DNA of 20,000 bases. It comes from Ionaspis alba (lineage: Eukaryota). The notes below the pieces were generated by a model. The model saw only the letters and a program-made list of their open reading frames with translations. It had not been told where the DNA came from and did not search any database. Positions 1 to 9,455 of the stretch are shown one piece after another. The position numbers and the translations under genes are program-made. Within the stretch, counting starts at the first letter, position 1. Each line of letters starts with the position of its first letter. The DNA lies in contig CAXUUL010000013.1 of the NCBI GenBank assembly GCA_964255285.1, forward strand, positions 51,436-71,435, read 5' to 3'.

Positions 1-556
1 AAAGCTCAGGAGGGTCGTACGCTTCTTCGGCTTTGGATGGGTCGGAAGACAATAGTGGAGCAGCTGTGAAATTTCGAGAAAAGGATAGTTGTGACATTGG
101 TTTTGCTGGGGCATCATTGTCGTCTTCCGCACTAGAGTCTATTTCCACCACCGTCATCGGGCTAGAGCTCCTATCATGTAGATCTTCAGAAGTCCTTCTT
201 CTCTTTCTCGCAGGACTTCGAGCACCGCTGCCCAATCCATCCGCCTCTGTTTGCACAGTTTTCGCCGGTTTAGGGCTTATCTGCTCGGTATTGAGCTTCC
301 TACACTGCAGTTCAAATCTGGCACGTCGAGGTGTACTGATTGCTCCAATGATGAGGCTTGCTTCCAAGATGTCCCTAGTCAACTTTGCGCCAGCATCAAG
401 GAGTTTCTCCTCGAAAGTATGAGTTTCGCTCGCAGAAAGATGTACTGGTAAGATGTAGACAGGCGGGAAACCGCTGAGGTCCAAGGACGATGGCGCGACT
501 GGTTGCTCCAGTAGTTCTCCCTTTGCCGACGCGGTTTCAGTCTGACTATCCATCAT
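1..556 (-). CDS. Family X DNA polymerase (fungal Pol mu/beta-like), N-terminal BRCT-like part; the gene runs off the left edge
   Basis: The minus frame reads from ATG ATG at 556 as MMDSQTETASAKGELLEQPVAPSSLDLSGFPPVYILPVHLSASETHTFEEKLLDAGAKLTRDILEASLIIGAISTPRRARFELQCRKL, and the same frame is open at the window edge (...PLLSSDPSKAEEAYDPPEL). The PPVYILPxHL...LTxDIxEA...RRAxFEL pattern matches my recollection of the N-terminus of Pezizomycotina PolX proteins. The catalytic domain lies outside the window. Confidence 0.72.
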   Translation of the reverse strand, partial: MMDSQTETASAKGELLEQPVAPSSLDLSGFPPVYILPVHLSASETHTFEEKLLDAGAKLTRDILEASLIIGAISTPRRARFELQCRKLNTEQISPKPAKTVQTEADGLGSGARSPARKRRRTSEDLHDRSSSPMTVVEIDSSAEDDNDAPAKPMSQLSFSRNFTAAPLLSSDPSKAEEAYDPPEL

Positions 557-917
557 CGCTACAGAGTGTTGACAAAGCCATAGGCGAAGGTTTGGGTATA
601 CGAATATCCCTAGGATAGAGGATTATCGAGACGATTGGCATTCTTGGAAAATAGAAGCTTCCTAACAATCTGAAAGCGAAAGACGAGGGCTAAGAAGTTT
701 GCTGCAGAGAATACTATAACTATGAATGTGATGATAAATTCAAGGTAGACACTATGGTTCAGTCAACGAGCAAAGTACAACTGTCAATGGACTGCGTGAT
801 GAAGCTGAAGACTAAACCCGATGAGGAAGGATCCAATGACGCACTTATATGAAGATTAGATTAGATTAGATTAGAGCTTAAAGCACTATCAACTCCTCGC
901 AATCAAGGGCGGGGTGC
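557..917. promoter_or_regulatory. Divergent promoter between PolX and the nickel permease, with HGATAR (GATA-factor) sites
   Basis: 361-bp head-to-head intergenic region. Sites: CGATAA (minus, 623-628), TGATAA (732-737), TGATAG (minus, 886-891) and GGATAG (613-618). Confidence 0.45.
854..873. repeat. (GATTA)4 pentanucleotide microsatellite
   Basis: gattagattagattagatta is directly visible 44 bp upstream of the nickel permease ATG. Confidence 0.9.
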
Positions 918-2686
918 ATGACTCCACAGAAAACTTCCCAAAGTACGTCCACAGACCCGGCGACTTTCGAGATGGTATTATCATTCCGGGAATTGAAGTC
1001 TCGAACAGCCAATTATCATGGAAGGACTAGAGGACTCCGTAATGTCCCACTACCAGTTATCCTTATCATCACTTGTATTGCTTTTGTTAACATCATTGTG
1101 TGGACCGCTGCTGGCATAGTTCTGGTAGACCTCAGTCTAATTACTTCAACGTCTACCACTAACTAATGCCACAGCACTATAAACCGTCAGGATCTGCTTG
1201 AAATTGAATTTTAATCATAGGGGCTGATCTATCGTAGTGGTCTTATCTCGACTGCCGTGCTTGCATATACCTTTGGAGTAAGGCATGCGCTGGATGCAGA
1301 CCACATATCTGTAAGGCCGTCTCCCTGGATGATGCTAGTCGACATCTGAACGGTCCTGCTAGGCCATAGATCTTATGACACGAAGACTGATCGGATCCGG
1401 GCAAAGGCCTGTGACTGTGGGCACTTTCTTTTCATTAGGTCATTCTACGTACGTCGTTCTTCGGTCTCAGGGATCCTTGGCTATCGCTGAAGGCCTTCCG
1501 ACTGCATTTGCTGGGGTTGACTGATCTCTCATATTCAGTATTGTTGTTGTGACATCCCTTGTCGTGGCGGCAACAGCGTCGGCTATCAGTAACAAGTTCG
1601 ATGCATTCAGTCGCGTTGGTGGGATCATCGGCAGCTCAATCTCTGCGGCATTCTTGATCATCCTTGGTCTCATGAACTTGTACATACTGTACAAGCTCGT
1701 TCGGCAGATGAAGCTCCTGATCGCCTCTCCAGAAGGAAGAGAGCAAAGTTTTGAGATTCAAGGAGCTGGTTGTTTGTTTGTCGTCTTTAAGAAGCTGTTC
1801 AGGATCATCGATAGGTAAGTTCGCTCTACCAATGACCACTTAGGCAGCGATAGATGTGGTTTGAGGCCAGCATTAAAGCTGATGAGCAGGACAGGCCGTG
1901 GAAGATGTACCCTCTCGGGATTTTGTTCGGGCTCGGATTCGACACAAGCTCGGAAGTTGCCCTGCTCGGGATTGCAAGCATTCAAGGATCGAAAGGATCG
2001 AGTATCTGGCTGATTCTGATATTTCCCCTACTCTTCACAGGTTAGTTGTCTTCATGGTCTCAAGGACATTGAGCTCATAGTATTCCGTATAGCCGGCATG
2101 TGTCTTCTGGACACGCTTGACGGTGCAATGATGCTCACACTGTACACTTCGACCTCCCTTGCCAAAGACCCCATCGCTATACTGTACTATTCGATCGTCT
2201 TAACAGTGGTTACGGTTATGATCGCGATTGTCATTGGTGTCATTCAACTGCTCACTTTGATCTTGCATGTCGCAGAGCCGGAAGGCAAGTTTTGGGATGG
2301 GGTCGATGCTGCGTGCGAACATTACGATATCATTGGTAGGTGCCCTAAAGTGATGTTTTCCTGATTTGAGGTCTCATGATCAAATAGGTGGCGCAATCTG
2401 TGCCTCATTCCTCGTGTTTGGAGGTCTTAGTGTCCTTGTATATAAACCCTGGCGACGGCGTGTCGATCGGATGCGGCCTGTAGGACAGCCTTCCAACGAG
2501 ACTGACAACCGGAATACACAGAGTTTCGACCACCCAATCATAAAGAACCGTGCGAATGGGGAAGGCACAAAACTTGGTTACGAAGTTCTTCCTTCCAACG
2601 AATCAGCTTTGAATAACTTGGCAGACCGAGAGCAATCTGAGCTCGGTCGGGATGTTGAGGAAGTGCGATTGTCGAGTCAATCATAG
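918..2686 (+). CDS. nic1: High-affinity nickel/cobalt permease, NiCoT (HoxN/NixA/Nic1) family, ~446 aa, 8 exons
   Basis: Exons 918-1124, 1175-1185, 1238-1310, 1363-1448, 1539-1814, 1895-2040, 2093-2335 and 2388-2686 total 1341 nt in frame, and all introns are GT-AG. The spliced protein has the NiCoT signatures [39 protein letters not shown] and [13 protein letters not shown], with multiple hydrophobic segments. Confidence 0.95.
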
Positions 2687-3051
2687 ATATGATATAGGAC
2701 CATGAATGACACTTGCTGGGAAAGGCTTGAGCCGTCTCGTGGATTTTATAGTTGCTCTAGATGAGAGGATGGATCTTTACAGCACGTTAGCTAGGCTAAG
2801 CGTACATAAGAAGCTACATGCATGATCAGCTTTACAAGACCGTGCCACATTAGACATTTGGGCACCTGCTGCTTGGTGTTCTGGAAGTTTTCTTTGTGTA
2901 ATGAGCAGCCGGCCATGTGTATTGAAAGCTCAAAACATGATTCAAATCGGCACTCTGTACATATCGCCACAAGACAATAGAAGCGCAGAGTCAACATCGT
3001 GGTCCAAGTGATAAGAAGGAGTGTGTATTTGACAAAATGACACATTGAGAA

Positions 3052-3287
3052 TCACGACTGACTCAGGAGACGGGTCCCTTTGAAGACTTTGCGCCTTCCA
3101 GTTCCATATGCTGGCTGAGCGAGGAAGGAAGGAATTGAAATTGAGTATGTCAAGCCCTGGAGACCATGAGCTAGACCTCCAAATGTAAGAGCGGTAATGA
3201 TGGTAAGCAAAGCATATTTGTGGCATGATTGTGCTGTTAGTATGGGTATTATTTATGAGATTGTCGCTGGCTTACCAGAGGCGCCAT
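3052..3287 (-). pseudogene. Possible relic or frameshifted small secreted-protein gene
   Basis: acaatcATG at 3226 is followed, after one extra C, by a signal-peptide-like frame HKYALLTIITALTFGGLAHG... ending at TGA 3052. Just upstream is an intron-like GTAAGC...TACTAACAG (3275-3234). No homolog recognised. Confidence 0.2.
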
Positions 3288-3328
3288 CGAGATGTGGCGA
3301 ATTTAAAGGAAATAAAAAGTAAAGGTAG

Positions 3329-3393
3329 TGGAGAGCGTCGGATTCGAACCATAGACACGGCGATTTCAACTCGTCGGTCAACACTTGCTCCCT
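3329..3393 (-). ncRNA. Degenerate tRNA-like element (tRNA pseudogene, SINE head or Pol III element) lacking a D-arm
   Basis: Minus strand: AGGGAGC-AAGTGTTGAC-CGACGA-GTTGAAA-TCGCCG-T-GTC(TAT)GG-TTCGAAT-CCGAC-GCTCTCC-A. The acceptor stem pairs at 6 of 7 positions and box B (GGTTCGAATCC) is perfect. The 7-nt anticodon-like loop is centred on TGA, and a T5 run follows at 3318-3314. Confidence 0.4.
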
Positions 3394-3476
3394 TTAGAAT
3401 TGGTCTGTAAGAACCAAAAGATCTTCGGAGTAAAAGAATGACAAAAACACAGACCCGGAGGAGTGTGATAACTCTG

Positions 3477-3500
3477 CTACTTCCTGTGCACAGGAAGTAG
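3477..3500. repeat. Perfect 24-bp palindrome with no spacer
   Basis: CTACTTCCTGTG|CACAGGAAGTAG is its own reverse complement. Confidence 0.95.
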
Positions 3501-3520
3501 TTGGTTTGGATCCTGCCGTG

Positions 3521-3620
3521 NNNNNNNNNNNNNNNNNNNNNNNNNNNNNNNNNNNNNNNNNNNNNNNNNNNNNNNNNNNNNNNNNNNNNNNNNNNNNNNN
3601 NNNNNNNNNNNNNNNNNNNN
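3521..3620. other. Assembly gap (100 N; true size unknown)
   Basis: A run of exactly 100 N, the usual placeholder for a gap of unknown length. Confidence 0.99.
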
Positions 3621-3802
3621 ACAAACTTTTATTTTGGTATATATTCTTAAAGAAGAAAGGAACATCAACTTTTTGCCAGCACACTCACCCTATTCGCAAC
3701 ACATCTCCCCCAACCAGTGATAACCAACTCTTATGATACGACCCTTTACTCTTCTTTCAAAAGCGCTTCTTTTGGTCTGATCACATTTTTCGTTTTCCCA
3801 CC

Positions 3803-4192
3803 ATGCAACAACCTACACACCTCCCTAGCTTGGCGCAGTGCCACGAATTACTTTGAGCCGAAAGTCCTCTGAAGAAGTACCACTCTTGCGATGACCACCA
3901 TCCCGAATGTACGCACGCATTGATGTCAAGATCTGATAAATTCCGATGCAGCAGACACTGTACCCGCGACGCTGCCACATCTCTCGTGGAAGCATCGTCC
4001 GGTGACGAGCAAAGCAATAGTACAACAATACATGACGACGTTGATCTGTTGAGTTTTCAAGTGCATAATTTACACTTACAGCGATGCAGTAGGGGCATAA
4101 CAAAGCGCAGGTGGAGTGCAGAATGGAACACAGGCAAGTCATATTTCTTAACTACCTTCGCCTTGAAAGGAGAAGGGTGTTGCTATTCATGA
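3803..4192 (+). pseudogene. Possible degenerate gene with one internal stop codon
   Basis: A TATA-like tatatatt near 3638 and a pyrimidine-rich leader precede CACCATG at 3803. The frame runs 130 codons to 4192 with a single in-frame TGA at 3854-3856. No homolog recognised. Confidence 0.15.
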
Positions 4193-4815
4193 AGCTGGAC
4201 TTCTCAATGGCTGGAGATGAAGCTTGTTCATCAAGACAGTCGTTACCAGGCAAGGAAGAAGACATTCTCTTGTCTTCAGAACAGACTACAATCAATGAGG
4301 ACTGGCTGTTGGAACTGGCTATACTATGTTACAGAATCAAACAACGGACTTGTCGTCAGATCCCTGCACTATCAAGCGAGTAGCTGCAGGACGGGATGTT
4401 GGACTCAGCACGTTGCGCATGCGACATCCCGGGACGCGCCAAGCAAGGGCTATATTGTACCTCCGTACTGTTTCTTTATTAGACCACGTGGAATTCGGGT
4501 ACTCAATGGTCCTAGCACCAAGTATCACGCTGTTAGTACAAGGATTATTGACAGATGCTAAAGAACTCATCATGAGTGCTGTGCTCGGGGTAGATGAGTC
4601 AAGCACAAGCCTCTGTATCAAGGATGATTTTGTTGGCTATGGGTCTGCGTCATCTGAATGATGCTATCTACTCAAAGTCCGCTGTGCCATTGCTACCCAT
4701 GAAACCTAGCTGACCATCACATCACTTGACACACGTATCGTCCTGATGTTGATTGTAGAGTCAGTCTCAGTAGCCGAAAACTATGCTACATGGTCTCCCT
4801 TACGACTCTCATTGA

Positions 4816-6930
4816 TCAGCCATCCTCAGGATTATCATCACCAGATGATTCGGCATCGATTGCGGCTTCAATCTTCTCGGTCTTGCTTGAGATCCCGTTG
4901 ATTGACCCCTTGGTAGCTGCTATACCCATGGAAGACAAATAGAGCAGATCTGGGCTCTTCGTATTGTCCAGCGCAGAGAACATAGCATTGAACCTACATC
5001 GAGGTCAGTGTAGGTTCCCAGTAGTTTGATAGCGCAGGATTGGTGACACACGTATTGTCCCTTTCCTCTTCCCTAAAGATTCGCTCGTAGATCTCCCGCT
5101 GCTTGAACTCATTCATCTCCTTCTCGTACTTCTCAAAGCTCACAGGTCCTCGGTCCTCCTCGCCCCTCATTCGTTCGTTGTAGGTATCGAAGACGGGCCG
5201 TTCGAGTAGAAGACCTAGTCCAGGCGCTTTGGGGATGATGAATTTCTCCGCTGTGTAAGAGTCCTGGATGCGGCCTTCGTGGCAACCACATCTGACTACC
5301 AGTGCGACCATGCTCACCATCTTACGGATTTGGTGCATCATAAAGCTCTGGCCATGCACCTTTAGGGACAACCATTCTGTGTCGTTTATGAGGATGGGTT
5401 TGTCGTCGACCACGAATGTTTTGATTACACGCTTCGCGGAAGGATCTCGGGCGGGTTTGTTGACAGTGTAATTGTGATAATTGTGCGTACCAACGTAGCG
5501 TGACAGAGAGGAGCGAATTCTAGCTAGTCGGTCTGGATGTATGCGGTAGACCTTTTTGGCTTGAGTGTAAGCGGTCCTAAGCTCGTTGATGGCTGCTTCG
5601 AGAGGTGGAGGCTCCTTTGAGGATATTACATCTTTGAGATCGACCAGTTCAGATTCGAGAGCATTGCCCACTGCAGTGTTTGGATCTGGGTCTGGAGATC
5701 GAAAGTTGTTGAGCTCTGATAAATCCTGGCCAGGTTCTACCATAGCATCCAGAATGCATTCATCCAAAACAATCTCCTTATGCTTGACCTCTCCAGTGGT
5801 AGATGTCGCCTGGTCTTGCCCTGTGCCATCAATTGCTTTTTCTTCCTGCTGCATCACAGAGTCAGGGGCTTTAGGCTCCTTAGATGGACTATATAGGGCC
5901 GTCATCACAACTTTGCATAGATCGGGTTCCAGCTTGTCCAGAATTGGACGTATAAACTGATCTTCCGAGTCTGCCCAAAACGATGCTACATCCTTCTGCC
6001 TTTCTTCGTAGCTCTCACGGTCCATGGCCTTCTCGGCGAGCTCCGGAAGTTTCCGACCAAGGAAGCTAGAAGGGTGTGGTGGTAAGAAGCAGTGCGTAGG
6101 TATGAGGTACTCGTAGATTCGAGAGTCGCAAAGTTGGTAAGCACTGAAGCTTGCGTTTGTCCTTTCAAAGCCCCATACCCTTATTTGAGGTGAGAGGTTG
6201 TCATTGATCTTTTGGACCAAGTTTTTATCTTCGATGATTAATTTCATGGATATGACATTGCCCGCGGCATGCACGCCCTTGTCTGTTCGAGCACATCGTA
6301 CGAGAGCAGACTTCTTCGGATCATTGGCATTCGCCTTCGATATAGCTCCAGCTGCAACAATGGCACCGAATAGGTCCCCCTCGATAGTCTTCTCCTTGTC
6401 GTTCCTACATAGGTCAGACTAGAGAGATTGAGTCACCTTGTGCAAACTCACAATTGCATGCCTTTGTATCCACTACCAGAATAGCCAATCATTACTGCCA
6501 CTTTTCTCTTTGGTCTCCGTTCCTCCGCCTCAATCTCCTCTTTCGAGAACTCGACAGCATATACAGGTTTCTTATCATCTTCGTTGTTGAGCCTTCGACG
6601 CTTTGCAGATTCTTGTGCCTTGTCGTTCCGTCCTCTTCTATCACCTTTATTTCGACTCCATTAGTCAGTTTCAAGAATTATTGCATAAACTAATCAAACA
6701 TACCTCCATGCTGAACGCCCAATATCCGATCTCTTATGGTGCCGACCTCTATCGGAACGACTTTGAGGGTTTGGCATACCTCGCTCCCGGCCGTTGCCTC
6801 GGCCCAATCTTTGACTTTCTTGAAGGTCCTCAGATACGGCTGCTGTGGCGGATGCCGTCTTTGCGTCGATTTCCGGTAGGTGAGGTGGTTCAATCTGGCC
6901 TGAGGAAACTGATTGAATCGCGGAATCCAT
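4816..6930 (-). CDS. PUS1: tRNA pseudouridine synthase 1 (TruA family), ~650 aa, 4 exons
   Basis: Exons 6930-6704, 6655 (or 6637)-6452, 6404-5052 and 4993-4816 splice in frame. Motifs: KRKVAVMIGYSGSGYKGMQ, TIEGDLF, catalytic RCARTDKGVHAAGNVIS, CDSRIYEYLIP, YVGTHNYHNYT, VHGQSFMMHQIRKMV and IPKAPGLGLLLERPVF. Confidence 0.96.
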
Positions 6931-7384
6931 GGCGAAAACCAATGTGTCATCAAACTCACATTGCTTGTGGAACTTCGAGGCTTCTGAATAAGTTATCTAG
7001 CCGAAAAATAATAAAATGATTGCGCTTGTCTTGCGCCAGCGCGACGGTGTACACTAACGCGGACGTGTCAGCCTTACCATTCATGCTTTCTTTGACAAAG
7101 AGCTCAGTCCGCTCTTGCGGCCACATCGCAGTCCTTTCTTCACTGACTGATTCGGTGTAGACCAGGCTTGAGCGGTCAGAAGCAATCCTAAGCTGATCTC
7201 TTAGGTGTCGTTCATCTCAGCAGCATATCTGCAGAGTAATGAACGATGGGCGCTAGATCGTCAGCTCAGTGAAACACTCGTTGCAGTTCTGCCCGACAAC
7301 TTGGCTCGACGCTCCCATCACCGTATCGACAGTCCTTACGTCGCCAATCAGCCTTCGCCTGTTTCCTACTTCACCACCTGCTCA

Positions 7385-8863
7385 ATGGATCTCGCTCGGA
7401 TCCTGATCCGGAGTGTAGTGCGAGCCTTTTACGACACTAAGCATGTTTTGGTCATTGATGCTTTGATGGTTCATTCAGCGTACGCTGGGGCGATACGGTC
7501 TGAATTACAACGCAGCTGATGCAGATTGCAGGCTACCTAATGAGGACCTTGCGCTCTTACTGGGTATGCAGCAAAAAGATCTGCGCAAGCTTTGTGGGAA
7601 ACTCCGGGAGGATCGAATACTAGCAGTGTGAGGATCTACAAACTCGATTACGACTATTGGGCTTTACTGACATGGTGTTATAGTCATTCCCGACAAGAAA
7701 CTCGTGAAGGCCAGCTACGAGCCATCAGCAAAGACTACTATTACATCGACTTCCATGCTACGATCGATGCCATTAAATACCGCATCTTCAAGCTCACAGA
7801 ACAAGTGAAAGATCTGTACAAGCCAAGTCAGGAGAAGAAGGATTACCATTGCCCCCGCTGCCATGCTCAGTGGACACAGCTGGAAGTGCTCGACAACATC
7901 TCTCCTATGGGCGAATTTCTCTGCCATAGATGCAAAGGCGTGCTAGAACGAGATGACGTGAGCGCAGCCGATATGGCAGGCCACGAACGGCAAAGCAAAC
8001 TTATGGCTCAGCTCGATAAGCTCCTGCGTATCATGCCGGAGATCGACTCCCAAACCATTCCCAAGAACGATTTCGAGACTGCTTTCTCGCACGCAATACC
8101 CATCCATCGCGACGAAGACATCAACCCCGCGCGGAAGATGGAAGCTGTTGAAACCGGTCGCAGTAAACCGTCAGCTGTGAAAGGTATCACGATTACCTCG
8201 GCACCCCTAGAGGTCAGTCTTACCACCAACGCCGAACGAGCCGCAGCCGAGCGCGCGGAAGCGCAACGCCAAGCAAAGATTTTAGAGCAAAATAAACTGC
8301 CTAGTTGGCACACCAATTCCACTGTGACCGGCGAAGTCACCGTGGTCGGCAACAAAGAACGGGAACGTCTCGCAGCTCGCAGTGGCGGAGTCGTTGAACC
8401 TGCGAAACCGGAAGATGACAAGAAGAGCGAGACCAATGTGTTAGTAGACGAGCTGGCGGCCTACTATGCGCAGATGGCAGAGGAAAAAGCCAAGGAGGCC
8501 CAGGAGGACCAGTCGAGTGCGGAAGACGAGGACGACGAATTCGAGGACGTTGATGTGGGCGCTTCGGGCGTCGGTACCCCTTCCAGTTCTATGTCTGGTG
8601 CTCCCAATGGTTCACAAGCTCCACCTACGAACGGGAAGCGACTGAAACAGGAGAGTGAATCGGGAAGTAGTGCACCGGGGACTAATTTCTCAACGCCTGC
8701 TGCATCGGGGTCTACGCTTGAGGAGGCGGGGAGGGATTCACCTGCCAAGCGGGTTAAACTTGAGCTGCCATCAAACGGCGTGGCCATCACCGTTGGGGGT
8801 TTGGATGGAGCTGATGAGGATTCGGATGAGGATGAGGCAGAGTTCGAGGATGCTTTGAGATGA
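7385..8863 (+). CDS. TFA1: Transcription initiation factor TFIIE alpha subunit, ~456 aa, 3 exons
   Basis: Exons 7385-7479, 7532-7627 and 7684-8863 total 1371 nt. The N-terminal winged helix reads MDLARILIRSVVRAFY...DLRKLCGKLREDRIL...YYYIDF. It is followed by a zinc ribbon (CPRC...CHRC), the motif QNKLPSWHTNSTV and an acidic tail ending EAEFEDALR. Confidence 0.95.
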
Positions 8864-9455
8864 AGCTTGGCTTGACTCCTTGTTTGCGCTTCATTCCTAA
8901 TAGGAGTTCTCGCTGCATTTACGGGCGTTTTGCGATCGATACCCACGTGATGCCGTCATGCTATCTAACAGACATAGACCGACGTATCATATCTTCAAGT
9001 CTATTCCATGCATTTGACTACCAGGCTCAAGCTGCCTTTCTTACTTATCAGTGTTCGCGAGCAATTGGTGACCCGAAACCTGCGTTTCCAGGTTCCAGGC
9101 AGTAAATCTCTGGAATACAAGTCTTCAAGAGCACTTCTGGGAGCCTAAGGCCAGCACAAACACCACATCACCTTGCTCGATGCACCCGTTCTCCCTTGCT
9201 CCCGATGTCATCATGCATAGCATAAGTGAAGGTCTATGTCGCTGCCAAAAGCGCCGAGGCTGATGCATATCGCTTCTCCAAATAACACCATCGACCATCT
9301 AACCATGAAGCTTTCCTCCCCGCTCTGCACCATGCTGTCGCTCTTATCATAAAAACCTAACGCCACAAAGCACGCGCTCAAGAAAGATCAAGACTTCCAA
9401 CAATCCACGCCAACTTTCAATTCGTCTCGGAAGCAAGTAGCGCGATGAAAATGGA

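Noticed and set aside
754..852. 32-aa upstream ORF (MVQSTSKVQLSMDCVMKLKTKPDEEGSNDALI) before nic1
   Set aside because: It may start upstream of the transcription start in a short bidirectional promoter. It has no metal-sensing His/Cys pattern, and this length is expected by chance.
1449..1538. Longer (90-nt) nic1 intron as an intronic TPP riboswitch or snoRNA
   Set aside because: It lacks the TPP aptamer core (CUGAGA...CUGAU...AAU...AGCG) and a clear C/D or H/ACA box arrangement.
918..2686. NiCoT as a recent bacterial horizontal transfer or part of a nickel/urease cluster
   Set aside because: The gene has seven spliceosomal introns and NiCoT is an established fungal family (Nic1). No urease or accessory genes are present in the window.
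3357..3378. Plus-strand loop TTTCAAC read as a TCA (Sec/opal suppressor) anticodon serving the in-frame TGA at 3854
   Set aside because: The T-arm, acceptor stem and terminator orientation place the tRNA-like element on the minus strand. Dikarya are not known to have selenocysteine machinery.
3880..3965. CDDHHPEC...CSRHC as a Zn2Cys6 transcription-factor remnant
   Set aside because: The Cys spacing does not fit CX2CX6CX5-12CX2CX6-8C in any splice option I tried.
8008..8946. Long antisense ORFs (142 aa and 160 aa) over TFA1, and similar ones over PUS1, the USP gene and PolX (33-422)
   Set aside because: They are Ser-rich mirror frames of real coding strands with no independent motifs.
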